Positions 24,601 through 39,600 of a stretch of 64,000 bases of DNA are shown in pieces. The stretch lies in the NCBI GenBank assembly GCA_046563655.1, contig CM102290.1, forward strand, positions 6,696,001 through 6,760,000, read 5' to 3'. This stretch comes from Yuukianura sp. NJ FZ-2021 (taxonomy: Eukaryota). The translations under genes were made by a program, and so were the position numbers. The stretch's first letter is position 1. Every line of letters begins with the position of its first letter. The notes beneath the pieces were generated by a model. It had not been told where the DNA came from and did not search any database. It saw only the letters and a program-made list of their open reading frames with translations.

Positions 24601-27600
24601 TTTCAGAAGCATAATATCGGTTTGCAATTTTGAATTCTCTGATAGCCCAGAATGACTTTTTGGGGAGTTTTTGAACAAAATGGGTTTTTAGAAAAAAAAT
24701 TGAGATTGGTACACTTCAGAAGGGCTTTCAGAAGCATAATATCGGTTTGCAATTTTGAATTCTCTGATAGCCCAGAATGACTTTTTGGGAAGTTTTTGAA
24801 CAAAATGGGTTTCGAGAAGAAAAATTGAGATTGATACACTTCAGAAGGGCTTTCAGAAGCATAATATCGGTTTGCAATTTTGAATTCTCTGATAGCCCAG
24901 AATGACTTTTTGGGGAGTTTTTGAACAAAATGGATTTTTAGAAGAAAAATTGAGATTGGAACACTTCAGAAGGGCTTTCAGAAGCATAATATCGGTTAGC
25001 AATTTTGAATTCTTTGATAGCCCAGAATGACTTTTTGCCGAGTTTTTAATGAACAAAATGGATTTTTCGAAGAAAAAATTGAGATTGGAACACTTCAGAA
25101 GGGCTTTCAGAAGCATAATATCGGTTTGCAATTTTGAATTCTCTGATAGCCCAGAATGACTTTTTGGGAAGTTTTTGAACAAAATGGGTTTTGAAAAGAA
25201 AAATTGAGATTGGTACACTTCAGAAGGGCTTTCAGAAGCATAATATCGGTTTGCAATTTTGAATTCTCTGATAGCCCAGAATGACTTTTTGGGAAGTTTT
25301 TGAACAAAATGGGTTTTTAGAAGAAAAATTGAGATTGGTACACTTCAGAAGGGCTTTCAGAAGCATAATATCGGTTTGCAATTTTGAATTCTCTGATAGC
25401 CCAGAATGACTTTTTGGGGAGTTTTTGAACAAAATGGATTTTTAGAAGAAAAATTGAGATTGGAACACTTCAGAAGGGCTTTCAGAAGCATAATATCGGT
25501 TTGCAATTTTGAATTCTCTGATAGCCCAGAATGACATTTTGCCGAGTTTTTAATGAACAAAATGGATTTTTCGGAAAAACATTAAGATTGGAACACTTCA
25601 GAAGGGCTTTCAGAAGCATAATATCGGTTTGCAATTTTGAATTCTCTGATAGCCCAGAATGACTTTTTGGGGAGTTTTTGAACAAAATGGATTTTTAGAA
25701 GAAAAATTGAGATTGGTACACTTCAGAAGGGCTTTCAGAAGCATAATATCGGTTTGCAATTTTGAATTCTCTGATAGCCCAGAATGACTTTTTGGGAAGT
25801 TTTTGAACAAAATGGGTTTTTAGAAGAAAAATTGAGATTGGTACACTTCAGAAGGGCTTTCAGAAGCATAATATCGGTTTGCAATTTTGAATTCTCTGAT
25901 AGCCCAGAATGACTTTTTGGGGAGTTTTTGAACAAAATAGATTTTTAGAAAAAGAATTGAGATTGGTACACTTCAGAAGGGCTTTCAGAAGCATAATATC
26001 GGTTTGCAATTTTGAATTCTCTGATAGCCCAGAATGACTTTTTGGGGAGTTTTTGAACAAAATGGATTTTTAGAAGAAAAATTGAGATTGGTACACTTCA
26101 GAAGGGCTTTCAGAAGCATAATATCGGTTTGCAATTTTGAATTCTCTGATAGCCCAGAATGACTTTTTGGGGAGTTTTTGAACAAAATGGATTTTTAGAA
26201 GAAAAATTGAGATTGGAACACTTCAGAAGGGCTTTCAGAAGCATAATATCGGTTTGCAATTTTGAATTCTCTGATAGCCCAGAATGACTTTTTGGAGAGT
26301 TTTTGAACAAAATGGATTTTTCGGAAAAAAATTAAGATTGGAACACTTCAGAAGGGCTTTCAGAAGCATAATATCGGTTTGCAATTTTGAATTCTCTGAT
26401 AGCCCAGAATGACTTTTTGGGGAGTTTTTGAACAAAATGGATTTTTAGAAGAAAAATTGAGATTGGTACACTTCAGAAGGGCTTTCAGAAGCATAATATC
26501 GGTTTGCAATTTTGAATTCTCTGATAGCCCAGAATGACTTTTTGGGAAGTTTTTGAACAAAATGGGTTTTTAGAAGAAAAATTGAGATTGGTACACTTCA
26601 GAAGGGCTTTCAGAAGCATAATATCGGTTTGCAATTTTGAATTCTCTGATAGCCCAGAATGACTTTTTGGGGAGTTTTTGAACAAAATGGGTTTTTAGAA
26701 AAAAAATTGAGATTGGTACACTTCAGAAGGGCTTTCAGAAGCATAGTATCGGTTTGCAATTTTGAATTCTCTGATAGCCCAGAATGACTTTTTGGGAAGT
26801 TTTTGAACAAAATGGGTTTCGAGAAGAAAAATTGAGATTGGTACACTTCAGAAGGGCTTTCAGAAGCATAATATCGGTTTGCAATTTTGAATTCTCTGAT
26901 AGCCCAGAATGACTTTTTGGGGAGTTTTTGAACAAAATGGATTTTTAGAAGAAAAATTGAGATTGGAACACTTCAGAAGGGCTTTCAGAAGCATAATATC
27001 GGTTAGCAATTTTGAATTCTTTGATAGCCCAGAATGACTTTTTGCCGAGTTTTTAATGAAAAAAATGGATTTTTCGGAAAAAAATTAAGATTGGAACACT
27101 TCAGAAGGGCTTTCAGAAGCATAATATCGGTTTGCAATTTTGAATTCTCTGATAGCCCAGAATGACTTTTTGGGAAGTTTTTGAACAAAATGGGTTTTGA
27201 AAAGAAAAATTGAGATTGGTACACTTCAGAAGGGCTTTCAGAAGCATAATATCGGTTTGCAATTTTGAATTCTCTGATAGCCCAGAATGACTTTTTGGGA
27301 AGTTTTTGAACAAAATGGGTTTTTAGAAGAAAAATTGAGATTGGTACACTTCAGAAGGGCTTTCAGAAGCATAATATCGGTTTGCAATTTTGAATTCTCT
27401 GATAGCCCAGAATGACTTTTTGGGGAGTTTTTGAACAAAATGGATTTTTAGAAAAAAAATTGAGATTGGTACACTTCAGAAGGGCTTTCAGAAGCATAAT
27501 ATCGGTTTGCAATTTTGAATTCTCTGATAGCCCAGAATGACTTTTTGGGGAGTTTTTGAACAAAATGGATTTTTAGAAGAAAAATTGAGATTGGTACACT

Positions 27601-30600
27601 TCAGAAGGGCTTTCAGAAGCATAATATCGGTTTGCAATTTTGAATTCTCTGATAGCCCAGAATGACTTTTTGGGGAGTTTTTGAACAAAATGGATTTTTA
27701 GAAGAAAAATTGAGATTGGAACACTTCAGAAGGGCTTTCAGAAGCATAATATCGGTTAGCAATTTTGAATTCTTTGATAGCCCAGAATGACTTTTTGCCG
27801 AGTTTTTAATGAAAAAAATGGATTTTTCGGAAAAAAATTAAGATTGGAACACTTCAGAAGGGCTTTCAGAAGCATAATATCGGTTTGCAATTTTGAATTC
27901 TCTGATAGCCCAGAATGACTTTTTGGGGAGTTTTTGAACAAAATGGATTTTTAGAAGAAAAATTGAGATTGGTACACTTCAGAAGGGCTTTCAGAAGCAT
28001 AATATCGGTTTGCAATTTTGAATTCTCTGATAGCCCAGAATGACTTTTTGGGAAGTTTTTGAACAAAATGGGTTTTTAGAAGAAAAATTGAGATTGGTAC
28101 ACTTCAGAAGGGCTTTCAGAAGCATAATATCGGTTTGCAATTTTGAATTCTCTGATAGCCCAGAATGACTTTTTGGGGAGTTTTTGAACAAAATAGATTT
28201 TTAGAAGAAAAATTGAGATTGGTACACTTCAGAAGGGCTTTCAGAAGCATAATATCGGTTTGCAATTTTGAATTCTCTGATAGCCCAGAATGACTTTTTG
28301 GGAAGTTTTTGAACAAAATGGGTTTCGAGAAGAAAAATTGAGATTGGTACACTTCAGAAGGGCTTTCAGAAGCATAATATCGGTTTGCAATTTTGAATTC
28401 TCTGATAGCCCAGAATGACTTTTTGGGGAGTTTTTGAACAAAATGGATTTTTAGAAGAAAAATTGAGATTGGAACACTTCAGAAGGGCTTTCAGAAGCAT
28501 AATATCGGTTTGCAATTTTGAATTCTCTGATAGCCCAGAATGACTTTTTGGGAAGTTTTTGAACAAAATGGATTTTTAGAAGAAAAATTGAGATTGGAAC
28601 ACTTCAGAAGGGCTTTCAGTAGCATAATATCGGTTTGCAATTTTGAATTCTCTGATAGCCCAGAATGACTTTTTGGGAAGTTTTTGAACAAAATGGGTTT
28701 TGAAAAGAAAAATTGAGATTGGTACACTTCAGAAGGGCTTTCAGAAGCATAATATCGGTTTGCAATTTTGAATTCTCTGATAGCCCAGAATGACTTTTTG
28801 GGAAGTTTTTGAACAAAATGGGTTTTTAGAAGAAAAATTGAGATTGGTACACTTCAGAAGGGCTTTCAGAAGCATAATATCGGTTTGCAATTTTGAATTC
28901 TCTGATAGCCCAGAATGACTTTTTGGGGAGTTTTTGAACAAAATGGATTTTTAGAAGAAAAATTGAGATTGGTACACTTCAGAAGGGCTTTCAGAAGCAT
29001 AATATCGGTTTGCAATTTTGAATTCTCTGATAGCCCAGAATGACTTTTTGGTGAGTTTTTGAACAAAATGGATTTTTAGAAGAAAAATTGAGATTGGAAC
29101 ACTTCAGAAGGGCTTTCAGAAGCATAATATCGGTTTGCAATTTTGAATTCTCTGATAGCCCAGAATGACTTTTTGGGAGTTTTTGAACAAAATGGATTTT
29201 TAGAAGAAAAATTGAGATTGGTACACTTCAGAAGGGCTTTCAGAAGCATAATATCGGTTTGCAATTTTGAATTCTCTGATAGCCCAGAATGACTTTTTGG
29301 AGAGTTTTTGAACAAAATGGATTTTTAGAAGAAAAATTGAGATTGGAACACTTCAGAAGGGCTTTCAGAAGCATAATATCGGTTTGCAATTTTGAATTCT
29401 CTGATAGCCCAGAATGACTTTTTATGAAGTTTTTGAACAAAATGGGTTTTGAAAAGAAAAATTGAGATTGGTACACTTCAGAAGGGCTTTCAGAAGCATA
29501 ATATCGGTTTGCAATTTTGAATTCTCTGATAGCCCAGAATGACTTTTTGGGAAGTTTTTGAACAAAATGGGTTTCGAGAAGAAAAATTGAGATTGATACA
29601 CTTCAGAAGGGCTTTCAGAAGCATAATATCGGTTTGCAATTTTGAATTCTCTGATAGCCCAGAATGACTTTTTGGGGAGTTTTTGAACAAAATGGATTTT
29701 TAGAAGAAAAATTGAGATTGGAACACTTCAGAAGGGCTTTCAGAAGCATAATATCGGTTAGCAATTTTGAATTCTTTGATAGCCCAGAATGACTTTTTGC
29801 CGAGTTTTTAATGAACAAAATGGATTTTTCGAAGAAAAAATTGAGATTGGAACACTTCAGAAGGGCTTTCAGAAGCATAATATCGGTTTGCAATTTTGAA
29901 TTCTCTGATAGCCCAGAATGACTTTTTGGGGAGTTTTTGAACAAAATGGATTTTTAGAAGAAAAATTGAGATTGGAACACTTCAGAAGGGCTTTCAGAAG
30001 AATAATATCGGTTTGCAATTTTGAATTCTCTGATAGCCCAGAATGACTTTGGTGAGTTTTTGAACAAAATGGATTTTTAGAAGAAAAATTGAGATTGGAA
30101 CACTTCAGAAGGGCTTTCAGAAGCATAATATCGGTTTGCAATTTTGAATTCTCTGATAGCCCAGAACGACTTTTAAAGAGTTTTTGAACAAAATGGATTT
30201 TTAGAAGAAAAATTGAGATTGGTACACTTCAGAAGTGCTTTCAGAAGCATAATATCGGTTTGCAATTTTGAATTCTCTGATAGATCAGAATGACTTTTTG
30301 GAGAGTTTTTGAACAAAATGGATGTTTAGAAGAAAAATTGAGATTGGAACACTTCAGAAAGGCTTTCAGAAGCATAATATCGGTTTGCAATTTTGAATTC
30401 TCTGATAGCCCAGAATGACTTTTTGGGAAGTTTTTGAACAAAATGGGTTTTGAAAAGAAAAATTGAGATTGGTACACTTCAGAAGGGCTTTCAGAAGCAT
30501 AATATCGGTTTGCAATTTTGAATTCTTTGATAGCCCAGAATGACTTTTTGGGGAGTTTTTAATGAAGAAAATGGATTTTTCGGAGAAAAATTGAGAGTGG

Positions 30601-33600
30601 TAAATTCGGATGGGCTTTCAGAAGCATAGTTTCGGTTTATAATTTTGACTACTCACAAACCCCAGAATGACTTTTTGCCGAGTTTTTAATGAAAAAAATG
30701 GATTTTTCGGAAAAAAATTAAGATTGGAACACTTCAGAAGGGCTTTCAGAAGCATAATATCGGTTTGCAATTTTGAATTCTCTGATAGCCCAGAATGACT
30801 TTTTGGGGAGTTTTTGAACAAAATGGATTTTTAGAAGAAAAATTGAGATTGGAACACTTCAGAAGGGCTTTCAGAAGCATAATATCGGTTTGCAATTTTG
30901 AATTCTCTGATAGCCCAGAATGACTTTTTGGAGAGTTTTTGAACAAAATGGATTTTTCGGAGAAAAATTGAGATTGGAACACTTCAGAAGGGCTTTCAGA
31001 AGCATAATATCGGTTTGCAATTTTGAATTCTCTGATAGCCCAGAATGACTTTTTGGGGAGTTTTTGAACAAAATGGATTTTTAGAAGAAAAATTGAGATT
31101 GGAACACTTCAGAAGGGCTTTCAGAAGCATAATATCGGTTTGCAATTTTGAATTCTCTGATAGCCCAGAATGACTTTTTGGGGAGTTTTTGAACAAAATG
31201 GATTTTTAGAAGAAAAATTGAGATTGGAACACTTCAGAAGGGCTTTCAGAAGCATAATATCGGTTTGCAATTTTGAATTCTTTGATAGCCCAGAATGACT
31301 TTTTGGGGAGTTTTTAATGAAGAAAATGGATTTTTCGGAGAAAAATTGAGAGTGGTAAATTCGGATGGGCTTTCAGAAGCATAGTATCGGTTTGCAATTT
31401 TGACTACTCACAAACCCCAGAGTGACTTTTTGCCGAGTTTTTAATGAAAAAAATGGATTTTTCGGAAAAAAATTAAGATTGGAACACTTCAGAAGGGCTT
31501 TCAGAAGCATAATATCGGTTTGCAATTTTGAATTCTCTGATAGCCCAGAATGACTTTTTGGTGAGTTTTTGAACAAAATGGATTTTTAGAAGAAAAATTG
31601 AGATTGGTACACTTCAATAGGGCTTTCAGAAGCATAATATCGGTTTGCAATTTTGAATTCTCTGATAGCCCAGAATGACTTTTTGGAGAGTTTTTGAACA
31701 AAATGGATTTTTAGAAGAAAAATTGAGATTGGAACACTTCAGAAGGGCTTTCAGAAGCATAATATCGGTTTGCAATTTTGAATTCTCTGATAGCCCAGAA
31801 TGACTTTTTGGGGAGTTTTTGAACAAAATGGATTTTTAGAAGAAAAATTGAGATTGGAACACTTCAGAAGGGCTTTCAGAAGCATAATATCGGTTTGCAA
31901 TTTTGAATTCTCTGATAGCCCAGAATGACTTTTTGGGGAGTTTTTGAACAAAATGGATTTTTAGAAGAAAAATTGAGATTGGTACACTTCAGAAGGGCTT
32001 TCAGAAGCATAATATCGGTTTGCAATTTTGAATTCTCTGATAGCCCAGAATGACTTTTTGGAGAGTTTTTGAACAAAATGGATTTTTAGAAGAAAAATTG
32101 AGATTGGAACACTTCAGAAGGGCTTTCAGAAGCATAATATCGGTTTGCAATTTTGAATTCTCTGATAGCCCAGAATGACTTTTTGGGGAGTTTTTGAACA
32201 AAATGGATTTTTAGAAGAAAAATTGAGATTGGAACACTTCAGAAGGGCTTTCAGAAGCATAATATCGGTTTGCAATTTTGAATTCTCTGATAGCCCAGAA
32301 TGACTTTTTGGTGAGTTTTTGAACAAAATGGATTTTTAGAAGAAAAATTGAGATTGGAACACTTCAGAAGGGCTTTCAGAAGCATAATATCGGTTTGCAA
32401 TTTTGAATTCTCTGATAGCCCAGAATGACTTTTTGGGGAGTTTTTAATGAAGAAAATGGATTTTTCGGAGAAAAATTGAGAGTGGTAAATTCGGATGGGC
32501 TTTCAGAAGCATAGTTTCGGTTTATAATTTTGACTACTCACAAACCCCAGAATGACTTTTTGCGGAGTTTTTGAACAAAATGGATTTTTAGAAGAAAAAT
32601 TGAGATTGGTACACTTCAGAAGTGCTTTCAGAAGCATAATATCGGTTTGCAATTTTGAATTCTCTGATAGCCCAGAATGACTTTTTGGGGAGTTTTTGAA
32701 CAAAATGGATTTTTAGAAGAAAAATTGAGATTGGTACACTTCAGAAGGGCTTTCAGAAGCATAATATCGGTTTGCAATTTTGAATTCTCTGATAGCCCAG
32801 AATGACTTTTTGGAGAGTTTTTGAACAAAATGGATTTTTAGAAGAAAAATTGAGATTGGAACACTTCAGAAGGGCTTTCAGAAGCATAATATCGGTTTGC
32901 AATTTTGAATTCTCTGATAGCCCAGAATGACTTTTTGGGGAGTTTTTGAACAAAATGGATTTTTAGAAGAAAAATTGAGATTGGAACACTTCAGAAGGGC
33001 TTTCAGAAGCATAATATCGGTTTGCAATTTTGAATTCTTTGATAGCCCAGAATGACTTTTTGGGGAGTTTTTAATGAAGAAAATGGATTTTTCGGAGAAA
33101 AATTGAGAGTGGTAAATTCGGATGGGCTTTCAGAAGCATAGTTTCGGTTTGCAATTTTGACTACTCACAAACCCCAGAATGACTTTTTGCCGAGTTTTTA
33201 ATGAAAAAAATGGATTTTTCGGAAAAAAATTAAGATTGGAACACTTCAGAATGGCTTTCAGAAGCATAATATCGGTTTGCAATTTTGAATTCTCTGATAG
33301 CCCAGAATGACTTTTTGGTGAGTTTTTGAACAAAATGGATTTTTAGAAGAAAAATTGAGATTGGTACACTTCAGAAGGGCTTTCAGAAGCATAATATCGG
33401 TTTGCAATTTTGAATTCTCTGATAGCCCAGAATGACTTTTTGGTGAGTTTTTGAACAAAATGGATTTTTAGAAGAAAAATTGAGAGTGGTAAATTCGGAT
33501 GGGCTTTCAGAAGCATAGTATCGGTTTGCAATTTTGACTACTCACAAACCCCAGAGTGACTTTTTGGGGAGTTTTTGAACAAAATGGATTTTTAGAAGAA

Positions 33601-36600
33601 AAATTGAGATTGGAACACTTCAGAAGGGCTTTCAGAAGCATAATATCGGTTTGCAATTTTGAATTCTCTGATAGCCCAGAATGACTTTTTGGAGAGTTTT
33701 TGAACAAAATGGATTTTTAGAAGAAAAATTGAGATTGGAACACTTCAGAAGGGCTTTCAGAAGCATAATATCGGTTTGCAATTTTGAATTCTCTGATAGC
33801 CCAGAATGACTTTTTGGGGAGTTTTTGAACAAAATGGATTTTTAGAAGAAAAATTGAGATTGGAACACTTCAGAAGGGCTTTCAGAAGCATAATATCGGT
33901 TTGCAATTTTGAATTCTCTGATAGCCCAGAATGACTTTTTGGGGAGTTTTTGAACAAAATGGATTTTTAGAAGAAAAATTGAGATTGGAACACTTCAGAA
34001 GGGCTTTCAGAAGCATAATATCGGTTTGCAATTTTGAATTCTCTGATACCCCAGAATGACTTTTTGGTGAGTTTTTGAACAAAATGGATTTTTAGAAGAA
34101 AAATTGAGATTGGAACACTTCAGAAGGGCTTTCAGAAGCATAATATCGGTTTGCAATTTTGAATTCTCTGATAGCCCAGAATGACTTTTTGGGGAGTTTT
34201 TAATGAAGAAAATGGATTTTTCGGAGAAAAATTGAGAGTGGTAAATTCGGATGGGCTTTCAGAAGCATAGTTTCGGTTTATAATTTTGACTACTCACAAA
34301 CCCCAGAATGACTTTTTGCCGAGTTTTTAATGAAAAAATGGATTTTTCGGAAAAAAATTAAGATTGGAACACTTCAGAAGTGCTTTCAGAAGCATAATAT
34401 CGGTTTGCAATTTTGAATTCTCTGATAGCCCAGAATGACTTTTTGGGGAGTTTTTGAACAAAATGGATTTTTAGAAGAAAAATTGAGATTGGTACACTTC
34501 AATAGGGCTTTCAGAAGCATAATATCGGTTTGCAATTTTGAATTCTCTGATAGCCCAGAATGACTTTTTGGAGAGTTTTTGAACAAAATGGATTTTTAGA
34601 AGAAAAATTGAGATTGGAACACTTCAGAAGGGCTTTCAGAAGCATAATATCGGTTTGCAATTTTGAATTCTCTGATAGCCCAGAATGACTTTTTGGGGAG
34701 TTTTTGAACAAAATGGATTTTTAGAAGAAAAATTGAGATTGGAACACTTCAGAAGGGCTTTCAGAAGCATAATATCGGTTTGCAATTTTGAATTCTTTGA
34801 TAGCCCAGAATGACTTTTTGGGGAGTTTTTAATGAATAAAATGGATTTTTCGGAGAAAAATTGAGAGTGGTAAATTCGGATGGGCTTTCAGAAGCATAGT
34901 TTCGGTTTATAATTTTGACTACTCACAAACCCCAGAATGACTTTTTGCCGAGTTTTTAATGAAAAAAATGGATTTTTCGGAAAAAAATTAAGATTGGAAC
35001 ACTTCAGAATGGCTTTCAGAAGCATAATATCGGTTTGCAATTTTGAATTCTCTGATAGCCCAGAATGACTTTTTGGTGAGTTTTTGAACAAAATGGATTT
35101 TTAGAAGAAAAATTGAGATTGGAACACTTCAGAAGGGCTTTCAGAAGCATAATATCGGTTTGCAATTTTGAATTCTTTGATAGCCCAGAATGACTTTTTG
35201 GAGAGTTTTTGAACAAAATGGATTTTTCGGAGAAAAATTGAGAGTGGTAAATTCGGATGGGCTTTCAGAAGCATAGTAGCGGTTTGCAATTTTGACTACT
35301 CACAAACCCCAGAGTGACTTTTTGGGGAGTTTTTGAACAAAATGGATTTTTAGAAGAAAAATTGAGATTCGAACACTTCAGAAGGGCTTTCAGAAGCATA
35401 ATATCGGTTTGCAATTTTGAATTCTCTGATAGCCCAGAATGACTTTTTGGAGAGTTTTTGAACAAAATGGATTTTTAGAAGAAAAATTGAGATTGGTACA
35501 CTTCAGAAGTGCTTTCAGAAGCATAATATCGGTTTGCAATTTTGAATTCTCTGATAGCCCAGAATGACTTTTTGGAGAGTTTTTGAACAAAATGGATTTT
35601 TAGAAGAAAAATTGAGATTGGTACACTTCAGAAGGGCTTTCAGAAGCATAATATCGGTTTGCAATTTTGAATTCTTTGATAGCCCAGAATGACTTTTTGG
35701 AGAGTTTTTGAACAAAATGGATTTTTAGAAGAAAAATTGAGATTGGAACACTTCAGAAGGGCTTTCAGAAGCATAATATCGGTTTGCAATTTTGAATTCT
35801 CTGATAGCCCAGAATGACTTTTTGGGGAGTTTTTAATGAAGAAAATGGATTTTTCGGAGAAAAATTGAGAGTGGTAAATTCGGATGGGCTTTCAGAAGCA
35901 TAGTTTCGGTTTATAATTTTGACTACTCACAAACCCCAGAATGACTTTTTGCGGAGTTTTTAATGGAAAAAATGGATTTTTCGGAAAAACATTAAGATTG
36001 GAACCCTTCAGAAGGGCTTTCAGAAGCATAATATCGGTTTGCAATTTTGAATTCTCTGATAGCCCAGAATGACTTTTTGGGGAGTTTTTGAACAAAATGG
36101 ATTTTTAGAAGAAAAATTGAGATTGGTACACTTCAGAAGGGCTTTCAGAAGCATAATATCGGTTTGCAATTTTGAATTCTCTGATAGCCCAGAATGACTT
36201 TTTGGAGAGTTTTTGAACAAAATGGATTTTTAGAAGAAAAATTGAGATTGGAACACTTCAGAAGGGCTTTCAGAAGCATAATATCGGTTTGCAATTTTGA
36301 ATTCTCTGATAGCCCAGAATGACTTTTTGGGGAGTTTTTGAACAAAATGGATTTTTAGAAGAAAAATTGAGATTGGAACACTTCAGAAGGGCTTTCAGAA
36401 GCATAATATCGGTTTGCAATTTTGAATTCTTTGATAGCCCAGAATGACTTTTTGGGGAGTTTTTAATGAAGAAAATGGATTTTTCGGAGAAAAATTGAGA
36501 GTGGTAAATTCGGATGGGCTTTCAGAAGCATAGTTTCGGTTTATAATTTTGACTACTCACAAACCCCAGAATGACTTTTTGCCGAGTTTTTAATGAAAAA

Positions 36601-39600
36601 AATGGATTTTTCGGAAAAAAATTAAGATTGGAACACTTCAGAATGGCTTTCAGAAGCATAATATCGGTTTGCAATTTTGAATTCTCTGATAGCCCAGAAT
36701 GACTTTTTGGTGAGTTTTTGAACAAAATGGATTTTTAGAAGAAAAATTGAGATTGGAACACTTCAGAAGGGCTTTCAGAAGCATAATATCGGTTTGCAAT
36801 TTTGAATTCTTTGATAGCCCAGAATGACTTTTTGGAGAGTTTTTGAACAAACTGGATTTTTCGGAGAAAAATTGAGAGTGGTAAATTCGGATGGGCTTTC
36901 AGAAGCATAGTAGCGGTTTGCAATTTTGACTACTCACAAACCCCAGAGTGACTTTTTGGGGAGTTTTTGAACAAAATGGATTTTTAGAAGAAAAATTGAG
37001 ATTCGAACACTTCAGAAGGGCTTTCAGAAGCATAATATCGGTTTGCAATTTTGAATTCTCTGATAGCCCAGAATGACTTTTTGGAGAGTTTTTGAACAAA
37101 ATGGATTTTTAGAAGAAAAATTGAGATTGGTACACTTCAGAAGTGCTTTCAGAAGCATAATATCGGTTTGCAATTTTGAATTCTCTGATAGCCCAGAATG
37201 ACTTTTTGGAGAGTTTTTGAACAAAATGGATTTTTAGAAGAAAAATTGAGATTGGTACACTTCAGAAGGGCTTTCAGAAGCATAATATCGGTTTGCAATT
37301 TTGAATTCTTTGATAGCCCAGAATGACTTTTTGGAGAGTTTTTGAACAAAATGGATTTTTCGGAGAAAAATTGAGAGTGGTAAATTCGGATGGGCTTTCA
37401 GAAGCATAGTAGCGGTTTGCAATTTTGACTACTCACAAACCCCAGAGTGACTTTTTGGGGAGTTTTTGAACAAAATGGATTTTTAGAAGAAAAATTGAGA
37501 TTCGAACACTTCAGAAGGGCTTTCAGAAGCATAATATCGGTTTGCAATTTTGAATTCTCTGGTAGCCCAGAATGCCTTTTTGGAGAGTTTTTGAACAAAA
37601 TGGATTTTTAGAAGAAAAATTTAGATTGGTACACTTCAGAAGGGCTTTCAGAAGCATAATATCGGTTTGCAATGCAATTTTGAATTCTCTGATAGCCCAG
37701 AATGACTTTTTGGAGAGTTTTTGAACAAAATGGATTTTTAGAAGAAAAATTGAGATTGGTACACTTCAGAAGGGCTTTCAGAAGCATAATATCGGTTTGC
37801 AATTTTGAATTCTTTGATAGCCCAGAATGACTTTTTGGAGAGTTTTTGAACAAAATGGATTTTTCGGAGAAAAATTGAGAGTGGTAAATTCGGATGGGCT
37901 TTCGGAATCATAGTAGCGGTTTGCAATTTTGACTACTCACAAATCCCAGAGTGACTTTTTGCCGAGTTTTTAATGAAAAAAATGGATTTTTCGGAAAAAA
38001 TTGAGATTGGTACACTTCAGAAGGGCTTTCAGAAGCATAATATCGGTTTGCAATTTTGAATTCTCTGATAGCCCAGAATGACTTTTTGGGGAGTTTTTGA
38101 ACAAAATGGATTTTTAGAAGAAAAATTGAGATTGGAACACTTCAGAAGGGCTTTCAGAAGCATAATATCGGTTTGCAATTTTGAATTCTCTGATAGCCCA
38201 GAATGACTTTTTGGTGAGTTTTTGAACAAAATGGATTTTTAGAAGAAAAATTGAGATTGGAACACTTCAGAAGGGCTTTCAGAAGCATAATATCGGTTTG
38301 CAATTTTGAATTCTTTGATAGCCCAGAATGACTTTTTGGAGAGTTTTTGAACAAAATGGATTTTTCGGAGAAAAATTGAGAGTGGTAAATTCGGATGGGC
38401 TTTCAGAAGCATAGTAGCGGTTTGCAATTTTGACTACTCACAAACCCCAGAGTGACTTTTTGGGGAGTTTTTGAACAAAATGGATTTTTAGAAGAAAAAT
38501 TGAGATTGGAACACTTCAGAAGGGCTTTCAGAAGCATAATATCGGTTTGCAATTTTGAATTCTCTGATAGCCCAGAATGACTTTTTGGAGAGTTTTTGAA
38601 CAAAATGGATTTTTAGAAGAAAAATTGAGATTGGTACACTTCAGAAGTGCTTTCAGAAGCATAATATCGGTTTGCAATTTTGAATTCTCTGATAGCCCAG
38701 AATGACTTTTTGGAGAGTTTTTGAACAAAATGGATGTTTAGAAGAAAAATTGAGATTGGAACACTTCAGAAGGGCTTTCAGAAGCATGATATCGGTTTGC
38801 AATTTTGAATTCTCTGATAGCCCAGAATGACTTTTTGGGAAGTTTTTGAACAAAATGGGTTTTGAGAAGAAAAATTGAGATTGGTACACTTCAGAAGGGC
38901 TTTCAGAAGCATAATATCGGTTTGCAAATTTGAATTCTCTGATAGCCCAGAATGACTTTGGTGAGTTTTTGAACAAAATGGATTTTTAGAAGAAAAATTG
39001 AGATTGGAACACTTCAGAAGGGCTTTCAGAAGCATAATATCGGTTTGCAATTTTGAATTCTCTGATAGCCCAGAATGACTTTTTGGAGAGTTTTTGAACA
39101 AAATGGATTTTTAGAAGAAAAATTGAGATTGGTACACTTCAGAAGTGCTTTCAGAAGCATAATATCGGTTTGCAATTTTGAATTCTCTGATAGCCCAGAA
39201 TGACTTTTTGGAGAGTTTTTGAACAAAATGGATGTTTAGAAGAAAAATTGAGATTGGAACACTTCAGAAGGGCTTTCAGAAGCATAATATCGGTTTGCAA
39301 TTTTGAATTCTCTGTTAGCCCAGAATGACTTTTTGGGAAGTTTTTGAACAAAATGGATTTTTCGGAGAAAAATTGAGAGTGGTAAATTCGGATGGGCTTT
39401 CAGAAGCATAGTAGCGGTTTGCAATTTTGACTACTCACAAACCCCAGAGTGACTTTTTGGGGAGTTTTTGAACAAAATGGATTTTTAGAAGAAAAATTGA
39501 GATTGGAACACTTCAGAAGGGCTTTCAGAAGCATAATATCGGTTTGCAATTTTGAATTCTTTGATAGCCCAGAATGACTTTTTGGAGAGTTTTTGAACAA

